From positions 66,997 through 130,996 of the forward strand of contig JAPOUM010000026.1 in the NCBI GenBank assembly GCA_026708645.1: 64,000 bases of DNA, written 5' to 3'. A program made the position numbers and the translations under genes. The DNA comes from Acidimicrobiaceae bacterium. GTDB taxonomy: Bacteria; Actinomycetota; Acidimicrobiia; Acidimicrobiales; Aldehydirespiratoraceae. Each line of letters opens with the position of its first letter. Positions within the stretch are counted from its first letter, which is position 1. A model generated the notes under the pieces. That model made no database searches. It saw only the letters and a list, made by a program, of their open reading frames with translations, and had not been told where the DNA came from. Shown piece after piece: positions 7,559-19,112 of this stretch.

Positions 7559-9919
7559 ATGAAGGGTTCAGCAATGTCATTGAGGCGATACGGGTTTCGT
7601 GCGGGCGGCGGGCTCTTGTCATTGGTGCTGGTGGCTTCAGTGCTGGCCGTGAGCGCAGGCAGCGCCGCCGCCACCAGCGACACGCCCGACGAGAAGATCA
7701 ACCTGACGGCGTGTCTGGGCGAAGCGCTCGAAGACTGGGACTTCACCGACGTGTCCACTAGGCACGCCTTCTACGAGCCCATCAACTGCCTGGCCCACTA
7801 CGGCATCACCATCGGCAGCGGCGACGGCTCCACTTTCGCGCCCGACGAGCCCGTCAAGCGCTGGCAGATGATGCTGTTCCTGGCGCGGGCTCTGCAGCCT
7901 GTCAACGTGAAACTCGACGCCGCCCGCGACCAGAAATTCGTCGACGTCGACCATCTGGGCGCCGAAGCTCGTGATGCCATAAACCTGCTAGTCACCAACG
8001 GCATCGCCACGGCCGCTGTCAGCAGAGCCTTCGAGCCTGATGCCGTTGTTGACCGTGCCGAGATGGCTCTGCTGCTGATCCGGTTCCTCGATGCCGTGGG
8101 GTCGGTGGTCAATTTCGACAACAGAGGCAACATCTTGCTAGACGCCGACGCCGACGGCAGTCAGAGTCAGTCCGACGACTACTTCCAAGACGCTCGCGAC
8201 ACCGTGCCGGTGGCTGTTGACGCCGCTATCAGCGCCGCTTACGAGCTCGGCATCACCACCGGCGCCGGCCCCACCCCCGCTTCGGGCGGCGCCCAGCCCG
8301 GCTTGGACTTCTACTACCGGCCGCGCGACCCCGTCACCAGGGGTCAGATGGCGGCGTTCATAATTCGCACTCTGGCCCACACTCTGGCCCGACCGGAAGG
8401 GCTGAGCGCACAGTACGACGGCAACGAGATCAGAGTGTCGATCCGCGACAGAGACTTCGAGCCGGTAGTCGACGCTCCCGTCGATATGTTCTTCGTCGAA
8501 GCCGACGACGTCGAATTGGCTTTCACGTCCAGGGGCGTCTGCGATGAGGTCGATTTAGTCGACGGCTCAGAGCCCTGCGAGATCGACGGCTCAGACTTCA
8601 CCACAGACGACGACGGCGAAGTGTCGCTGACCGTTCCCCAGACCATTCTCGACGGCAACGACACCATGCTGTGGATCTGGACCGGTCGTGACGGCGAAGA
8701 AGTGGACCGCCGCACCGAACTGTTCGCCCTGGAAGTCGAGCCGTCGAGCCAGCCCCAAGGCGCCGTCTCGGCGAAAGTGTCCACAGCGTTCAGAGGTTCG
8801 AAGGCCCGATTCGGCACATCCGTCACCTTCACCGTCCAACTCTTAGACGCGCGCGGCAACGCCACCAACGCCGGCATCGACGGGCAGAACCCGGCCGAGT
8901 GGACGCTCACCGAGGAGTTGCTCCGTGAGAACCCGGCGGCGGATACCGTCAACGGCATCGCGGCCGGCAGCGGCGAGGGCCTACTGTCGAAGACCCCCAG
9001 GACGGTGAGGTCCGACAACAGAGGAAGGGTCACTTTCTCGTTGTCGGTCGGGGATCCGGACCGCAGTGCCTCCGGGCAGTCCCTCACCCGCACTTTCATG
9101 CTGGCGCCGCTGAACAACGCCCCCGCGGTCTCCGCCGACGATGGTTTCAGGATCAAGCTGAGTTCGGGCCGCACCGGCGGAGAGGTCTTCTATTTGGAGT
9201 TCAGCGACGCCGACCCCGTGCTGGGGAATTCGGTGGTGACGGTGACATCAACCAATCGTTATCGCAACGTCCCCTCGAGCGGCTCGGTGCGCAACAGCGC
9301 TGTCGTGTCGGTCTACGACGAGTACGGCCGGGCTCTGTCTGCTGCGAAGGTCAGACTCGCCAGCAGTTCCCGTGACACGACCATCAGCACCAACGCGTTC
9401 ACTGTCGGCCGCGACGGCATCCACCGCTTCTCTTACAGCTACAGAGGCGACGGCGGCATCGTCGAGACGCTCACCCCCACCGTCGACCCCGACGGCAAAT
9501 CCGAGACCGACAACAATCTCGAGGACCTCGAACCGGCTTACGTGTTCTGGCCCGTCCTCACTCAGGCGGCGAGCACCGAAGACGATCTGCCAGTCCTTTT
9601 CGCGGACCTCGACCGCAACTCGATCGTCTTTGACAGCGATGCCGACACCGACGGCGACGACTGGCCCGCAGGCGGGGCCACCGTACCGCGACGCCTGACC
9701 TACGACAGCAACGACCGATTCGACGTGCAGCAGGCGAATCAATCGAAGCCGCGGGCGGTGGCCGACATCGACGCGTTCGAGGAGGCTCTGGCTGAGGCCG
9801 TGGCCGAGGCGCCCGGCGACGACGCCGGCACTGGCGCCTGCCTGCAATGGAGCGGTTACGACTCGAGTCGCTCGCGGGTGGTCGCCCAGATCACGCTCAA
9901 GCTCACCGGCTGCTCTTAG
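7559..9919 (+). CDS. Secreted S-layer-homology (SLH) domain protein, paralogue 2
   Basis: 786 aa. Signal peptide ..LVLVASVLAVSAGSAAA, and the same three-SLH architecture (FTDVSTRHAFYEPINCLAHYGITIGSGDGSTFAPDEPVKRWQMMLFLARAL; ..VDRAEMALLLIRFL; ..PRDPVTRGQMAAFIIRTL). Collinear with the upstream paralogue. Confidence 0.8.
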   Translation: MKGSAMSLRRYGFRAGGGLLSLVLVASVLAVSAGSAAATSDTPDEKINLTACLGEALEDWDFTDVSTRHAFYEPINCLAHYGITIGSGDGSTFAPDEPVKRWQMMLFLARALQPVNVKLDAARDQKFVDVDHLGAEARDAINLLVTNGIATAAVSRAFEPDAVVDRAEMALLLIRFLDAVGSVVNFDNRGNILLDADADGSQSQSDDYFQDARDTVPVAVDAAISAAYELGITTGAGPTPASGGAQPGLDFYYRPRDPVTRGQMAAFIIRTLAHTLARPEGLSAQYDGNEIRVSIRDRDFEPVVDAPVDMFFVEADDVELAFTSRGVCDEVDLVDGSEPCEIDGSDFTTDDDGEVSLTVPQTILDGNDTMLWIWTGRDGEEVDRRTELFALEVEPSSQPQGAVSAKVSTAFRGSKARFGTSVTFTVQLLDARGNATNAGIDGQNPAEWTLTEELLRENPAADTVNGIAAGSGEGLLSKTPRTVRSDNRGRVTFSLSVGDPDRSASGQSLTRTFMLAPLNNAPAVSADDGFRIKLSSGRTGGEVFYLEFSDADPVLGNSVVTVTSTNRYRNVPSSGSVRNSAVVSVYDEYGRALSAAKVRLASSSRDTTISTNAFTVGRDGIHRFSYSYRGDGGIVETLTPTVDPDGKSETDNNLEDLEPAYVFWPVLTQAASTEDDLPVLFADLDRNSIVFDSDADTDGDDWPAGGATVPRRLTYDSNDRFDVQQANQSKPRAVADIDAFEEALAEAVAEAPGDDAGTGACLQWSGYDSSRSRVVAQITLKLTGCS

Positions 9920-10140
9920 CGCGGATCGGGAAGCTGGAGAGCGCTCGCAGCCTCTCGCCGCCGGGCGGGCTGTGAGCGCTCAGGCGCCGGCGGGTTCGCC
10001 GCGGGCCGCGACGCAGAAGACGCGAGTTCCGCTGCGGCGGCCGTCGACAGGTTCAGGACGGGCGGGTTCAGGGCCCCGATCCACGCCTTGATCGAGATCA
10101 CGATCCCGGCGCCCGTCCACAGAGCTTGGAACAGTCGGGT

Positions 10141-11178
10141 TCAGGAGGCTAGGGGGCGACCGAAAGGCAGTTCGTCTCGCCAAGTGGACAAGAACGCTTC
10201 GGCTGCGCAGCAGGCGCCCAGAAAAGCGCCGTCGGCGCTGTCGAGGGCCTCGCTCATCAGCGACGAGACCGTCTCGGCCACAGCGGCGCGCACCTCGTCG
10301 TCGCTGATGTCGGTGCTGCTCCAAGCGGCAATCGTTGATCCCGCAAGAGACACGAAATCAGGCACCGCCACGATGTCTCGCTTGCGGCACACCGCCAAGG
10401 CCTTGGCGGTGTAAGCCAGGCGCCCCGAAGGCACCAGTGCCAGGCATTGCAAACGCTCGGCCACGCCATGGTCGACGACGCCCATCCTCGAACCGGCGAA
10501 CACCACATCGGCAGCGATGCCCCACAGTGCATCGGGCTCGTCCAGACCGTCGGATACGCAGGCCTCAGCCAGCGACTCCAGCGTCCTCTTGCCGCTGGCG
10601 GCCCAAGCTTCCGACACCGCCGCCGGGTCGCAACCCTCAGGCGTCGCCAGCGAGCCCTCGGCGGTGGCGACGCCCACTACACGGCCGCCCCGCCGCGTCA
10701 CCGCTTCGACCAGCGTCGGCCCGGCTGCCGAGAAACCTTCCAGCACCACAGAGCGGCCGTCGATGCCGACAGCGGCGTCGGCGGCCGCCACCGCAGACAG
10801 GGCGTCGCACTCCGACGCGAAGCCGCCTAGACGCGCCGCTGTCCGCGGGTCGGCGTCACGCAGCGACGCCAAGTCGTCTTCGGTGACGCCTTTGGCGGCG
10901 TCAGGCAGATAGACGCCCCCTGAAGCCAGCGCTGCGGCCTCGGCCACGAACCCGGTCACTGCCTCAGCCCGTGCGGATGCGTCTGAGCTGATCCCGGCCG
11001 ACGCCCCGCTGCGGCGCATCCGCAGAACGGCGTAGGTGTAGGTCTGCGAACGCGCCAGATCCTTGGCGCCGCCTTGGAGCACTTTGCGCGCCCAGCGCAC
11101 CGGTCCTGACGCGGTTTCGGCGCCATCAAGATCCAACGCCACGAAGGCGTCGACGTCAGAGAACTTGTGCAGCCTCAA
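10141..11178 (-). CDS. Glu/Leu/Phe/Val dehydrogenase-family protein (catalytic region looks degenerate)
   Basis: 345 aa, TTG start overlapping the P450 stop (TTGA). C-terminal Rossmann-like block RSVVLEGFSAAGPTLVEAVTRRGGRVVGVATAEGSL resembles the NAD(P)-binding domain of this family. The position of the usual GGxKGG is RRSGASAGI. Confidence 0.45.
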   Translation of the reverse strand: MRLHKFSDVDAFVALDLDGAETASGPVRWARKVLQGGAKDLARSQTYTYAVLRMRRSGASAGISSDASARAEAVTGFVAEAAALASGGVYLPDAAKGVTEDDLASLRDADPRTAARLGGFASECDALSAVAAADAAVGIDGRSVVLEGFSAAGPTLVEAVTRRGGRVVGVATAEGSLATPEGCDPAAVSEAWAASGKRTLESLAEACVSDGLDEPDALWGIAADVVFAGSRMGVVDHGVAERLQCLALVPSGRLAYTAKALAVCRKRDIVAVPDFVSLAGSTIAAWSSTDISDDEVRAAVAETVSSLMSEALDSADGAFLGACCAAEAFLSTWRDELPFGRPLAS

Positions 11179-12581
11179 AGCTGCGTCTCACTGTTCGCTC
11201 GTCCTCTGAGCGGCCCGGTTATCCGCAGCGGCAGTTTGCGAGGCCCGCGGATCTGTCCCGTCGACCATGTCACCGAGTCGGGATCGGCCAGCTCGAAATC
11301 GGGAACCCTCGCCATCCACTCCTCCAGAGCCACGGCCAGCTCCATGCGCGCCAGGTTCGAGCCCAGACAGCGGTGGATGCCCAGCCCGAAAGCGACATGC
11401 CGATTGCGACGGCGGTCGATGATGAACTCGCCGGCGTCCTCGAAAGCCTCCGGGTCGCGGTTGGCGGCGGGAAAAGGCAGCAGCACCCAGTCGTTGGCGT
11501 GCATCGACCGGCCGGCGAATTCGGTGTCGCCGGCCACGAGCCGGGCCATCGTGACCGGCGCATAGAACCTCAGGAACTCCTCCACAGCGAAGGGCCGCAC
11601 CTGTGGGTCGGCGATCCAGCGGCGCCGGTGCTCAGGATGCTGAGCCATGTGCCACAGCGAGGCGCCGATGGCCGACCAAGTGGTGTCCACCCCGGCGACT
11701 ATCAGCAAACCGCAGGTGCCCAGCACGTGATCGTGTTCCAGCGGCTGCCCGGCGATGGTCGCGTGGGTCATGTGGCTGATCAGATCGTCGCGAGGCTCTT
11801 CGGCGCGCTCAGCGATGAGTTTGTCGAGATAGTGGTCGATCGAGTCCTCGTATTCGACGCGCATCTCAGTGCCGGGCTGTTCCATGATCCGATGGATGAA
11901 CAGCCGGAACAACTCGCCGTCTGAGCGGGGCACGCCCAGCATGTCGGCGATCACCCTCACCGGGATGTGCTGCGTGTAGCACAAGGCCGCGTCGACGATG
12001 TCGCTGCGGCCCGTCTCCACGTCGCCCAGCAGCTCGTCCAGCAGTTCGCGGCAGGTCTGTCGAGTGGATTCACGCTTGGCTTCGATCGGCTTGGGAGCGA
12101 AAGCCGGCAGCAGGAACTCGCGGGCTATGCGATGGAACGGAGGGTCGCTGGTGATCGGCGGAGCGAAACCCACCGGCGCGGGTATCTCGGGCCGTCCGTC
12201 GTGAACCACCACGCCTTGAGAACTGAAAGTGTCGGTGTCCTTGGCGATGGCGCAGACGTCGGCGTGTCGAACCGGCAGCCAGGCGCCGCCGTAGCGGTCG
12301 CTGTGCGCCACGGGACACTCGCCGCGCAGCTGATCCCAGATTTCGGGGGCGTGGGCGGCGTAGTGAGGATCGACATGATCGAAGTCGCGGGCCCAGTCGC
12401 TCACCGGCTCTCGGGCCTGTGAACAGCCGTGCCCGTAGCCGCCAAGGTCTGCCGCGGCGCCCTCAGCAGCGCCGTCGTCGCCGGCGTGCTCCCCGAGCGC
12501 AGCCGTCGGCCAAGCCGCAGCCTCCGCAGCCTCCACGGGGTCTGCCGCGGCGCCCTCGAGAGTGCCGGTTGGTGCGGTCAT
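11175..12581 (-). CDS. Cytochrome P450
   Basis: 468 aa. I-helix LLIVAGVDTTWS, EEFLRFY (ExxR), and the heme-thiolate loop FGLGIHRCLGSNLARMEL (FxxGxHxCxG). The Ala/Gly-rich N-terminal ~55 aa may not all be translated. Confidence 0.9.
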   Translation of the reverse strand: MTAPTGTLEGAAADPVEAAEAAAWPTAALGEHAGDDGAAEGAAADLGGYGHGCSQAREPVSDWARDFDHVDPHYAAHAPEIWDQLRGECPVAHSDRYGGAWLPVRHADVCAIAKDTDTFSSQGVVVHDGRPEIPAPVGFAPPITSDPPFHRIAREFLLPAFAPKPIEAKRESTRQTCRELLDELLGDVETGRSDIVDAALCYTQHIPVRVIADMLGVPRSDGELFRLFIHRIMEQPGTEMRVEYEDSIDHYLDKLIAERAEEPRDDLISHMTHATIAGQPLEHDHVLGTCGLLIVAGVDTTWSAIGASLWHMAQHPEHRRRWIADPQVRPFAVEEFLRFYAPVTMARLVAGDTEFAGRSMHANDWVLLPFPAANRDPEAFEDAGEFIIDRRRNRHVAFGLGIHRCLGSNLARMELAVALEEWMARVPDFELADPDSVTWSTGQIRGPRKLPLRITGPLRGRANSETQL

Positions 12582-12682
12582 GGTATTGACGTCAACCTCC
12601 TTGGCAGTGCTGCGCGACCCGCCCCGACGCTAGCGCGCGGCACGCTGAGCCTGACTCGGCCGCCGAGTCGACGCTTCACGGC

Positions 12683-14305
<1,623 letters not shown>

Positions 14306-14339
14306 GGTCCCAGTCTGGCCTGTCCCGAGCGTGAAACGT

Positions 14340-15416
14340 TCAGGTTTGACGCTCAGCCACGAAATGCGCTGTGGCTGCCAAGGCCTCCTTCACGGCGGGA
14401 ACGTCGGGCAGAGCCTCCAGAGCGTGCAGCGCCTGCCGCAGCAGATCCTCGATCTCGTCGTTGACTGCGGCCAGCGCGCCGGTGTCGACCAGCACCTGCT
14501 GGATCTGCTCCACGGTCTGGTTGTCCATTTCGGATCCGACAGCGTCCAGCACCCGGCGCTGGGCCGGGGATGCCGCAGCCTGGGCCACGGCCACGAGCAG
14601 CGTCGGCTTGCCCTCTCGCAGGTCGTCGCCCACCGGCTTGCCGGTGGCTCTCGGGTCGCCGAAGGCGCCGAGCACGTCGTCGCGCAGCTGGAAAGCCAAG
14701 CCCACGGGCAGTCCGTGACGTTCCAGAGGCCCCGCCAGCTCCGGCGAACCGGCCAAAGCCGCGCCGAGCTGCAGCGGGCGCACCACCGTGTAGCGGGCGG
14801 TCTTGTGCTCGATGATCCGGCGTGCGCCGTCCGCGGTCGGATGCTGCTGAGCAGAGCCGACCATGTCGAGGTACTGCCCCATGTTCAGCTCGGTGCGCAG
14901 GCCGTTCCACACGGCCCTCGTGGCTGCGGTCACCTCGCCCAGGGTCCGATCGGCGAGCACCATGGCCATGTCGCCCACCAGCACCGCAGCCGCATCCCCG
15001 AAGCGCCGGTTCTCGCCGTGCCAGCTCCGCTGACGGTGCCGCTCAGCGAACTTGCGCCACACGGTGGGCTCGCCGCGCCGGGTCAGCGATCCGTCCATCA
15101 TGTCGTCGTGCGCCAAAGCGAAGGCGTGGAGGATCTCCAAGGCGCAGCCCGCGTCGAGAGACCCGTCGCCCGGGCCGGGTTCGGGGTCGCCTCCGCCGAG
15201 CAGCCAACCCCAGCGGCAGTATGCGGGACGGATGCGCTTGCCGCCGGACATGACCATGTCGGCCAGGTCGCCGAGCGGCTCGTCGAGGCTCGGATCCAGC
15301 TCGGACCACTGCCGACGCTCCGCGTCGAGGATCTCGCCGAGCCGCGCCTCGCAGCGTGCTGCGATCTCGGTCAGCTCAGCGGGAGGACGGGCAGGCCCGG
15401 AATCCGCGGCGGTCAT
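14340..15416 (-). CDS. Polyprenyl (geranylgeranyl/farnesyl) diphosphate synthase
   Basis: Start taken at ATG 15416, which overlaps the xseB stop (ATGA). First Asp-rich motif LAHDDMMDGSLTRRG, second FQLRDDVLG. Confidence 0.88.
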   Translation of the reverse strand: MTAADSGPARPPAELTEIAARCEARLGEILDAERRQWSELDPSLDEPLGDLADMVMSGGKRIRPAYCRWGWLLGGGDPEPGPGDGSLDAGCALEILHAFALAHDDMMDGSLTRRGEPTVWRKFAERHRQRSWHGENRRFGDAAAVLVGDMAMVLADRTLGEVTAATRAVWNGLRTELNMGQYLDMVGSAQQHPTADGARRIIEHKTARYTVVRPLQLGAALAGSPELAGPLERHGLPVGLAFQLRDDVLGAFGDPRATGKPVGDDLREGKPTLLVAVAQAAASPAQRRVLDAVGSEMDNQTVEQIQQVLVDTGALAAVNDEIEDLLRQALHALEALPDVPAVKEALAATAHFVAERQT

Positions 15417-15703
15417 TTGGCGGGCGCGTCCAGCACGGCCACCACCCGCTCCACCTGCACACCGGCGCGGGTGATTCTGCGCCGGCATATCTGGATGAGG
15501 TTGGCGGCCCGTTCGACCCTGCTGGCGAGCAAGTCCACATCGGGGTCCTCGCTTTCGAGTTCTTCCAGGATCTCTTCTAGTTCGGCCATCGCTTCGGCGT
15601 ATCCGGGCTCGGCTGAGCCTGTGCCGGCTGTGTCGCCTGAGCCTGAGCCTGTGTCGCCTGAGCCTGCGTCGGGTTCGCCTGTTTCGGTGTCAGGTTTGTT
15701 CAT
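15413..15703 (-). CDS. xseB: Exodeoxyribonuclease VII small subunit
   Basis: 96 aa. ..YAEAMAELEEILEELESEDPDVDLLASRVERAANLIQICRRRI.. is the typical XseB helical hairpin. Lies directly downstream of xseA and overlaps it. Confidence 0.85.
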   Translation of the reverse strand: MNKPDTETGEPDAGSGDTGSGSGDTAGTGSAEPGYAEAMAELEEILEELESEDPDVDLLASRVERAANLIQICRRRITRAGVQVERVVAVLDAPAK

Positions 15704-17150
15704 CAGATTCGATGGTACTTGTGATCGTGCCGTCAGCCAGGTGAGTGACGATGCTGTCGCCGCTGCCGACTTCAGAAACCGAACGCAGCAGAGTCCCGTC
15801 GTCGCGACGGGTCAGCGACCATCCCCGGCGCAGGATAACCTCCGGGTCTAGGGATCGCATCCGCTGCGCGATCGCGTCCAGACGTCTCCGGGCATGGCGG
15901 ATCTCGTGACGGCAGGTCGTGGCCAGACGCGCTGAGGCGGTGTCGAGCCTTACCACCGCTTGGCGCTCGATTCTGGGCTGCGCCGCCAGCAGGCGTCGGG
16001 CGGCGCCCTCCAGGCGATCCTCGGCGCGCAGCGCCGAAGCTTTCGACTGGCTCACTGCCCTCTGGACGACGGCGGTGAGCCTGCGCTCGGCGCCGCCTGA
16101 TGCGGTCCGGGCGGCCAGCGCCGCCGCGGCAGCAATGCTGTCGCAACGATGCTGGGCACCGAGCAGGCTTTGGCGCCCGCGGGCGATTATCGACTTGCCC
16201 GCAGCGTCGAGCCTGAGCAACCATTCCTCCACCCGCTGCGTCACGGCCTCGGCTGCGGCTGTGGGCGTGGAGCAGGAAGTGTGGGCCGTCTCGTCAGCGG
16301 CGCTGCGATCCGTTTCATGGCCGATCCCGGTGAAGACCGGTCGCCGGCAGCCGGCAACGGCGTGAGCGACCAGCGGATGGTCGAAAGCCGCGAGATCGCT
16401 GCGGCTGCCCCCGCCGCGGGCCAGCACCACCACATCGACTCGGTCACTGACGGCCGCGATGGCCGCGGCTATCGACTCCGGCGCCTCCGGGCCCTGCACA
16501 GGCGTGTCGGCTTCGAGCACCTCGAAGGCGTAACCGCTGCCGGCCCACACCCGCAGAACGTCGCTGTGCGCGGCGCTGCCCAGCGAGGTCACCAGCCCGA
16601 CTCGCAGCGGCGCCGCGGCTAACACCGCGTCCGCGTTGCGGCGCAGCAGACCGGCGGCGGCTAAATCGCGCAGAAGCGCCTCGCGTTGCGCGGCGATCGA
16701 GCCCAGCGTGTGGGCCGGATCGATGGCGGTCATCCGCAGCTGCAGCTGACCCCGCTGGGCGTAGAAGTCGAGCATCCCGCCGATGCGCACCGTCACCCCG
16801 TCGTCCATGCGGATGGCGTTGCCGTGACGCTTGATCGCCTGATTGACCCGCTCCTTGTCGCTGCGGAACAGCGTTACGCTCAGCGAAGCCAGCGGCGCCT
16901 TTCCCGCCGCGGGGCTCGCGGGGCGTTCCAGCAGATCGAAATAGACGTGACCGCTGCGGGCTCGGGAGATGCCGTTGATTTCCCCGGCGACCCAAACGCC
17001 GCTGGGGAAGGCCTCGTCGAGCGACTGCCGCAGAGTCGCAGCCAGCTCGCTCACCGTGAAGGTCCGATCGGCGCGCCGCGCCGTTGAGCTGCCGCCCCGG
17101 CTGGTCGTGCGAAGCTCTGGCTCGGTCGTGCGAAGCTCTGGCTCAGTCAC
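15690..17150 (-). CDS. xseA: Exodeoxyribonuclease VII large subunit
   Basis: 486 aa. N-terminal OB-fold region FTVSELAATLRQSLDEAFPSGVWVAGEINGISRARSGHVYFDLL, then the catalytic region ..LARGGGSRSDLAAFD..TGIGHETD. The N-terminus has a 21-bp duplication (EPELRTT x2). Confidence 0.9.
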   Translation of the reverse strand: MTEPELRTTEPELRTTSRGGSSTARRADRTFTVSELAATLRQSLDEAFPSGVWVAGEINGISRARSGHVYFDLLERPASPAAGKAPLASLSVTLFRSDKERVNQAIKRHGNAIRMDDGVTVRIGGMLDFYAQRGQLQLRMTAIDPAHTLGSIAAQREALLRDLAAAGLLRRNADAVLAAAPLRVGLVTSLGSAAHSDVLRVWAGSGYAFEVLEADTPVQGPEAPESIAAAIAAVSDRVDVVVLARGGGSRSDLAAFDHPLVAHAVAGCRRPVFTGIGHETDRSAADETAHTSCSTPTAAAEAVTQRVEEWLLRLDAAGKSIIARGRQSLLGAQHRCDSIAAAAALAARTASGGAERRLTAVVQRAVSQSKASALRAEDRLEGAARRLLAAQPRIERQAVVRLDTASARLATTCRHEIRHARRRLDAIAQRMRSLDPEVILRRGWSLTRRDDGTLLRSVSEVGSGDSIVTHLADGTITSTIESDEQT

Positions 17151-19084
17151 GGCTCAGCCCCGCCGGAGGCTTGCGATGGCGCGTTCTCGGCTTTGAGCAG
17201 GCCTTCGTAGAGTTCGGCGTAGAGCCCCCCGGCGGCGCGAAGCTGGTCATGGCTGCCCGACTCTTTGATCACGCCGTCGTCGAGCACCACTATCAGATCC
17301 GCGTCCACGATGGTCGACAGGCGATGCGCCACAACCAGCGAGGTGCGGCCTCGCAGAGCCTCGGTGAGCGCTTCTTGCACCAGAGCCTCGTTCTCGGTGT
17401 CCAGATGCGAGGTGGCCTCATCGAGGATCACGATGGCCGGGGCCTTCAGCAGCATCCGTGCTATGGCCAGCCGTTGCTTCTCGCCGCCGGACAGACGGTA
17501 GCCCCGTTCGCCCACCACCGTGTCGTAACCGTCGGGCAGTGCTGCTATCACGTCATGGATGCGAGCCGCGCGACAGGCTTGCGCCAACTGCTCGTCGCTG
17601 GCGCCGGGCTTGGCGTAGCGCAGGTTTGCGGCCGCAGTGTCATGGAACAGGTGGGGATCCTGGGTGACGGTGCCGATGGCGGCCCGCAGCGACGCCTGAG
17701 TGAGATGCCGCACGTCGGCGCCGTCGACCAGCACCGCTCCGGCGGTCACGTCGTAGAGGCGCGGCACCAGCGACACCAGGGTGGTCTTGCCCGAGCCCGA
17801 AGGCCCGACCAGCGCCACCATCTGACCTGCATCGATGCTCAGATCTATGCCCGAAAGCACCTCGACCGGCTCTGCTCGGGCAGCGGCGTCGTCAGGCTTC
17901 GCCTCAGGTGCCGCGGCAGCCTTCGTCGAGTCTTCGGCGGCCTTCAGAGACTGCGGCGCCGTGTCGGCGACCGGGTAGGCGAAACGCACCCCGCGGAACT
18001 CGACTCTGCCCTCAGGCCGGCGTAATTCGCGTGCGTCGCCGCGGTCGGTGATCGGGTTGGGCGAGTCGAGCACCTCGAACACCCGCTCGAAGCTCACGAA
18101 CGCCGACATCACGTCCACACGGGCGTTCGACAGGCTGGTCAGCGGCACGTAGATCCGTACCGTGTAGAGGCCCAGCGCCACCAGCGTGCCCGCGCTGAGG
18201 CTGCCGTCGATCGCCAGATGCCCGCCCAGCCAATAGATCAGAGCCGTGCCGACCGCCCCCACCAGGGTCAGCGCGATCAGGAAGATCTGCGAGTAAAGGG
18301 CGCTGCGTATCCCGATGTCGCGCACCCGTCCGGCCCGATCCGCGAAATCCGCGGCTTCGTCGTCGTGGCGGCCGAAGAGCTTCACCAGCAGCGCTCCCGC
18401 CACGTTGAAACGCTCGGTCATGGTGTTGTTCATCGAGGCGTTGAGGTTCATGCCTTCGCGGGTGATGGCTTGCAGTCCTTTGCCCACCCGTCGCGCGGGC
18501 AGCACGAACACCGGCAGGATCACCACCGCCAGCAATGTCAGCCTCCACTCCAACCAGAACATGGTGACGAGGGTCGCTCCCAGGGTGATGACATTGGACA
18601 CCACCGTGCCGAGGGTGCCGGTGAAGGCACGCTGAGCGCCGATCACGTCGTTGTTGAGCCGGCTCACCAGCGTGCCCGTCTGTGTGCGGGTGAAGAACGA
18701 CAGCGGCATGCGCTGCACATGGTCGAACAGCCCCAGCCTCAGATCGAAGATCAAGCCTTCGCCGATGCCTGAGGAGAGCCGCCGCGCCAGCAGCGCCAGC
18801 AGCGCCTCACCCAGAGCAGCAGCTATCAGCACGCCGAACAGAACGTTCAAATAGCCGCCGTCGCCTTCGGCTATGGCCGAGTCGAAGATTTCCCGTATTA
18901 CCAGCGGCGCCACCAGCCCCAGGAATGTTGCCGCGATCGTCGTGACCATGAACGCCGAAATCCAGCCCCTCCAGCGCCGCGCGAATTCCCAGACACGCCG
19001 TCGGGTCGCCGCGGTGACGGTCTTGTCGGCCAGGCTGCTGCGATCGTTTGACATTGAGTGCAGGACTCCCCAGGCGCTCACCAT
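17147..19084 (-). CDS. ABC transporter, fused permease/ATP-binding exporter (MsbA/MdlB-like)
   Basis: 645 aa. Six-TM exporter domain, then Walker A GPSGSGKTT, signature LSGGEKQRLAIAR, Walker B ILDEATSHLD. An Ala-rich insert sits before the NBD. Confidence 0.9.
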   Translation of the reverse strand: MVSAWGVLHSMSNDRSSLADKTVTAATRRRVWEFARRWRGWISAFMVTTIAATFLGLVAPLVIREIFDSAIAEGDGGYLNVLFGVLIAAALGEALLALLARRLSSGIGEGLIFDLRLGLFDHVQRMPLSFFTRTQTGTLVSRLNNDVIGAQRAFTGTLGTVVSNVITLGATLVTMFWLEWRLTLLAVVILPVFVLPARRVGKGLQAITREGMNLNASMNNTMTERFNVAGALLVKLFGRHDDEAADFADRAGRVRDIGIRSALYSQIFLIALTLVGAVGTALIYWLGGHLAIDGSLSAGTLVALGLYTVRIYVPLTSLSNARVDVMSAFVSFERVFEVLDSPNPITDRGDARELRRPEGRVEFRGVRFAYPVADTAPQSLKAAEDSTKAAAAPEAKPDDAAARAEPVEVLSGIDLSIDAGQMVALVGPSGSGKTTLVSLVPRLYDVTAGAVLVDGADVRHLTQASLRAAIGTVTQDPHLFHDTAAANLRYAKPGASDEQLAQACRAARIHDVIAALPDGYDTVVGERGYRLSGGEKQRLAIARMLLKAPAIVILDEATSHLDTENEALVQEALTEALRGRTSLVVAHRLSTIVDADLIVVLDDGVIKESGSHDQLRAAGGLYAELYEGLLKAENAPSQASGGAEP

Positions 19085-19112
19085 CGAATCTGAGCCTACG
19101 CCCGGCGCTAGC

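Noticed and set aside
18873-19112. 80-codon N-terminal extension of the pncB ORF in the track
   Set aside because: This part overlaps the 5' end of the divergent ABC exporter gene on the other strand, and its translation has no NAPRTase similarity. GTG 19113, just outside the ABC gene, precedes the conserved ..ALRTDHYEITM block.
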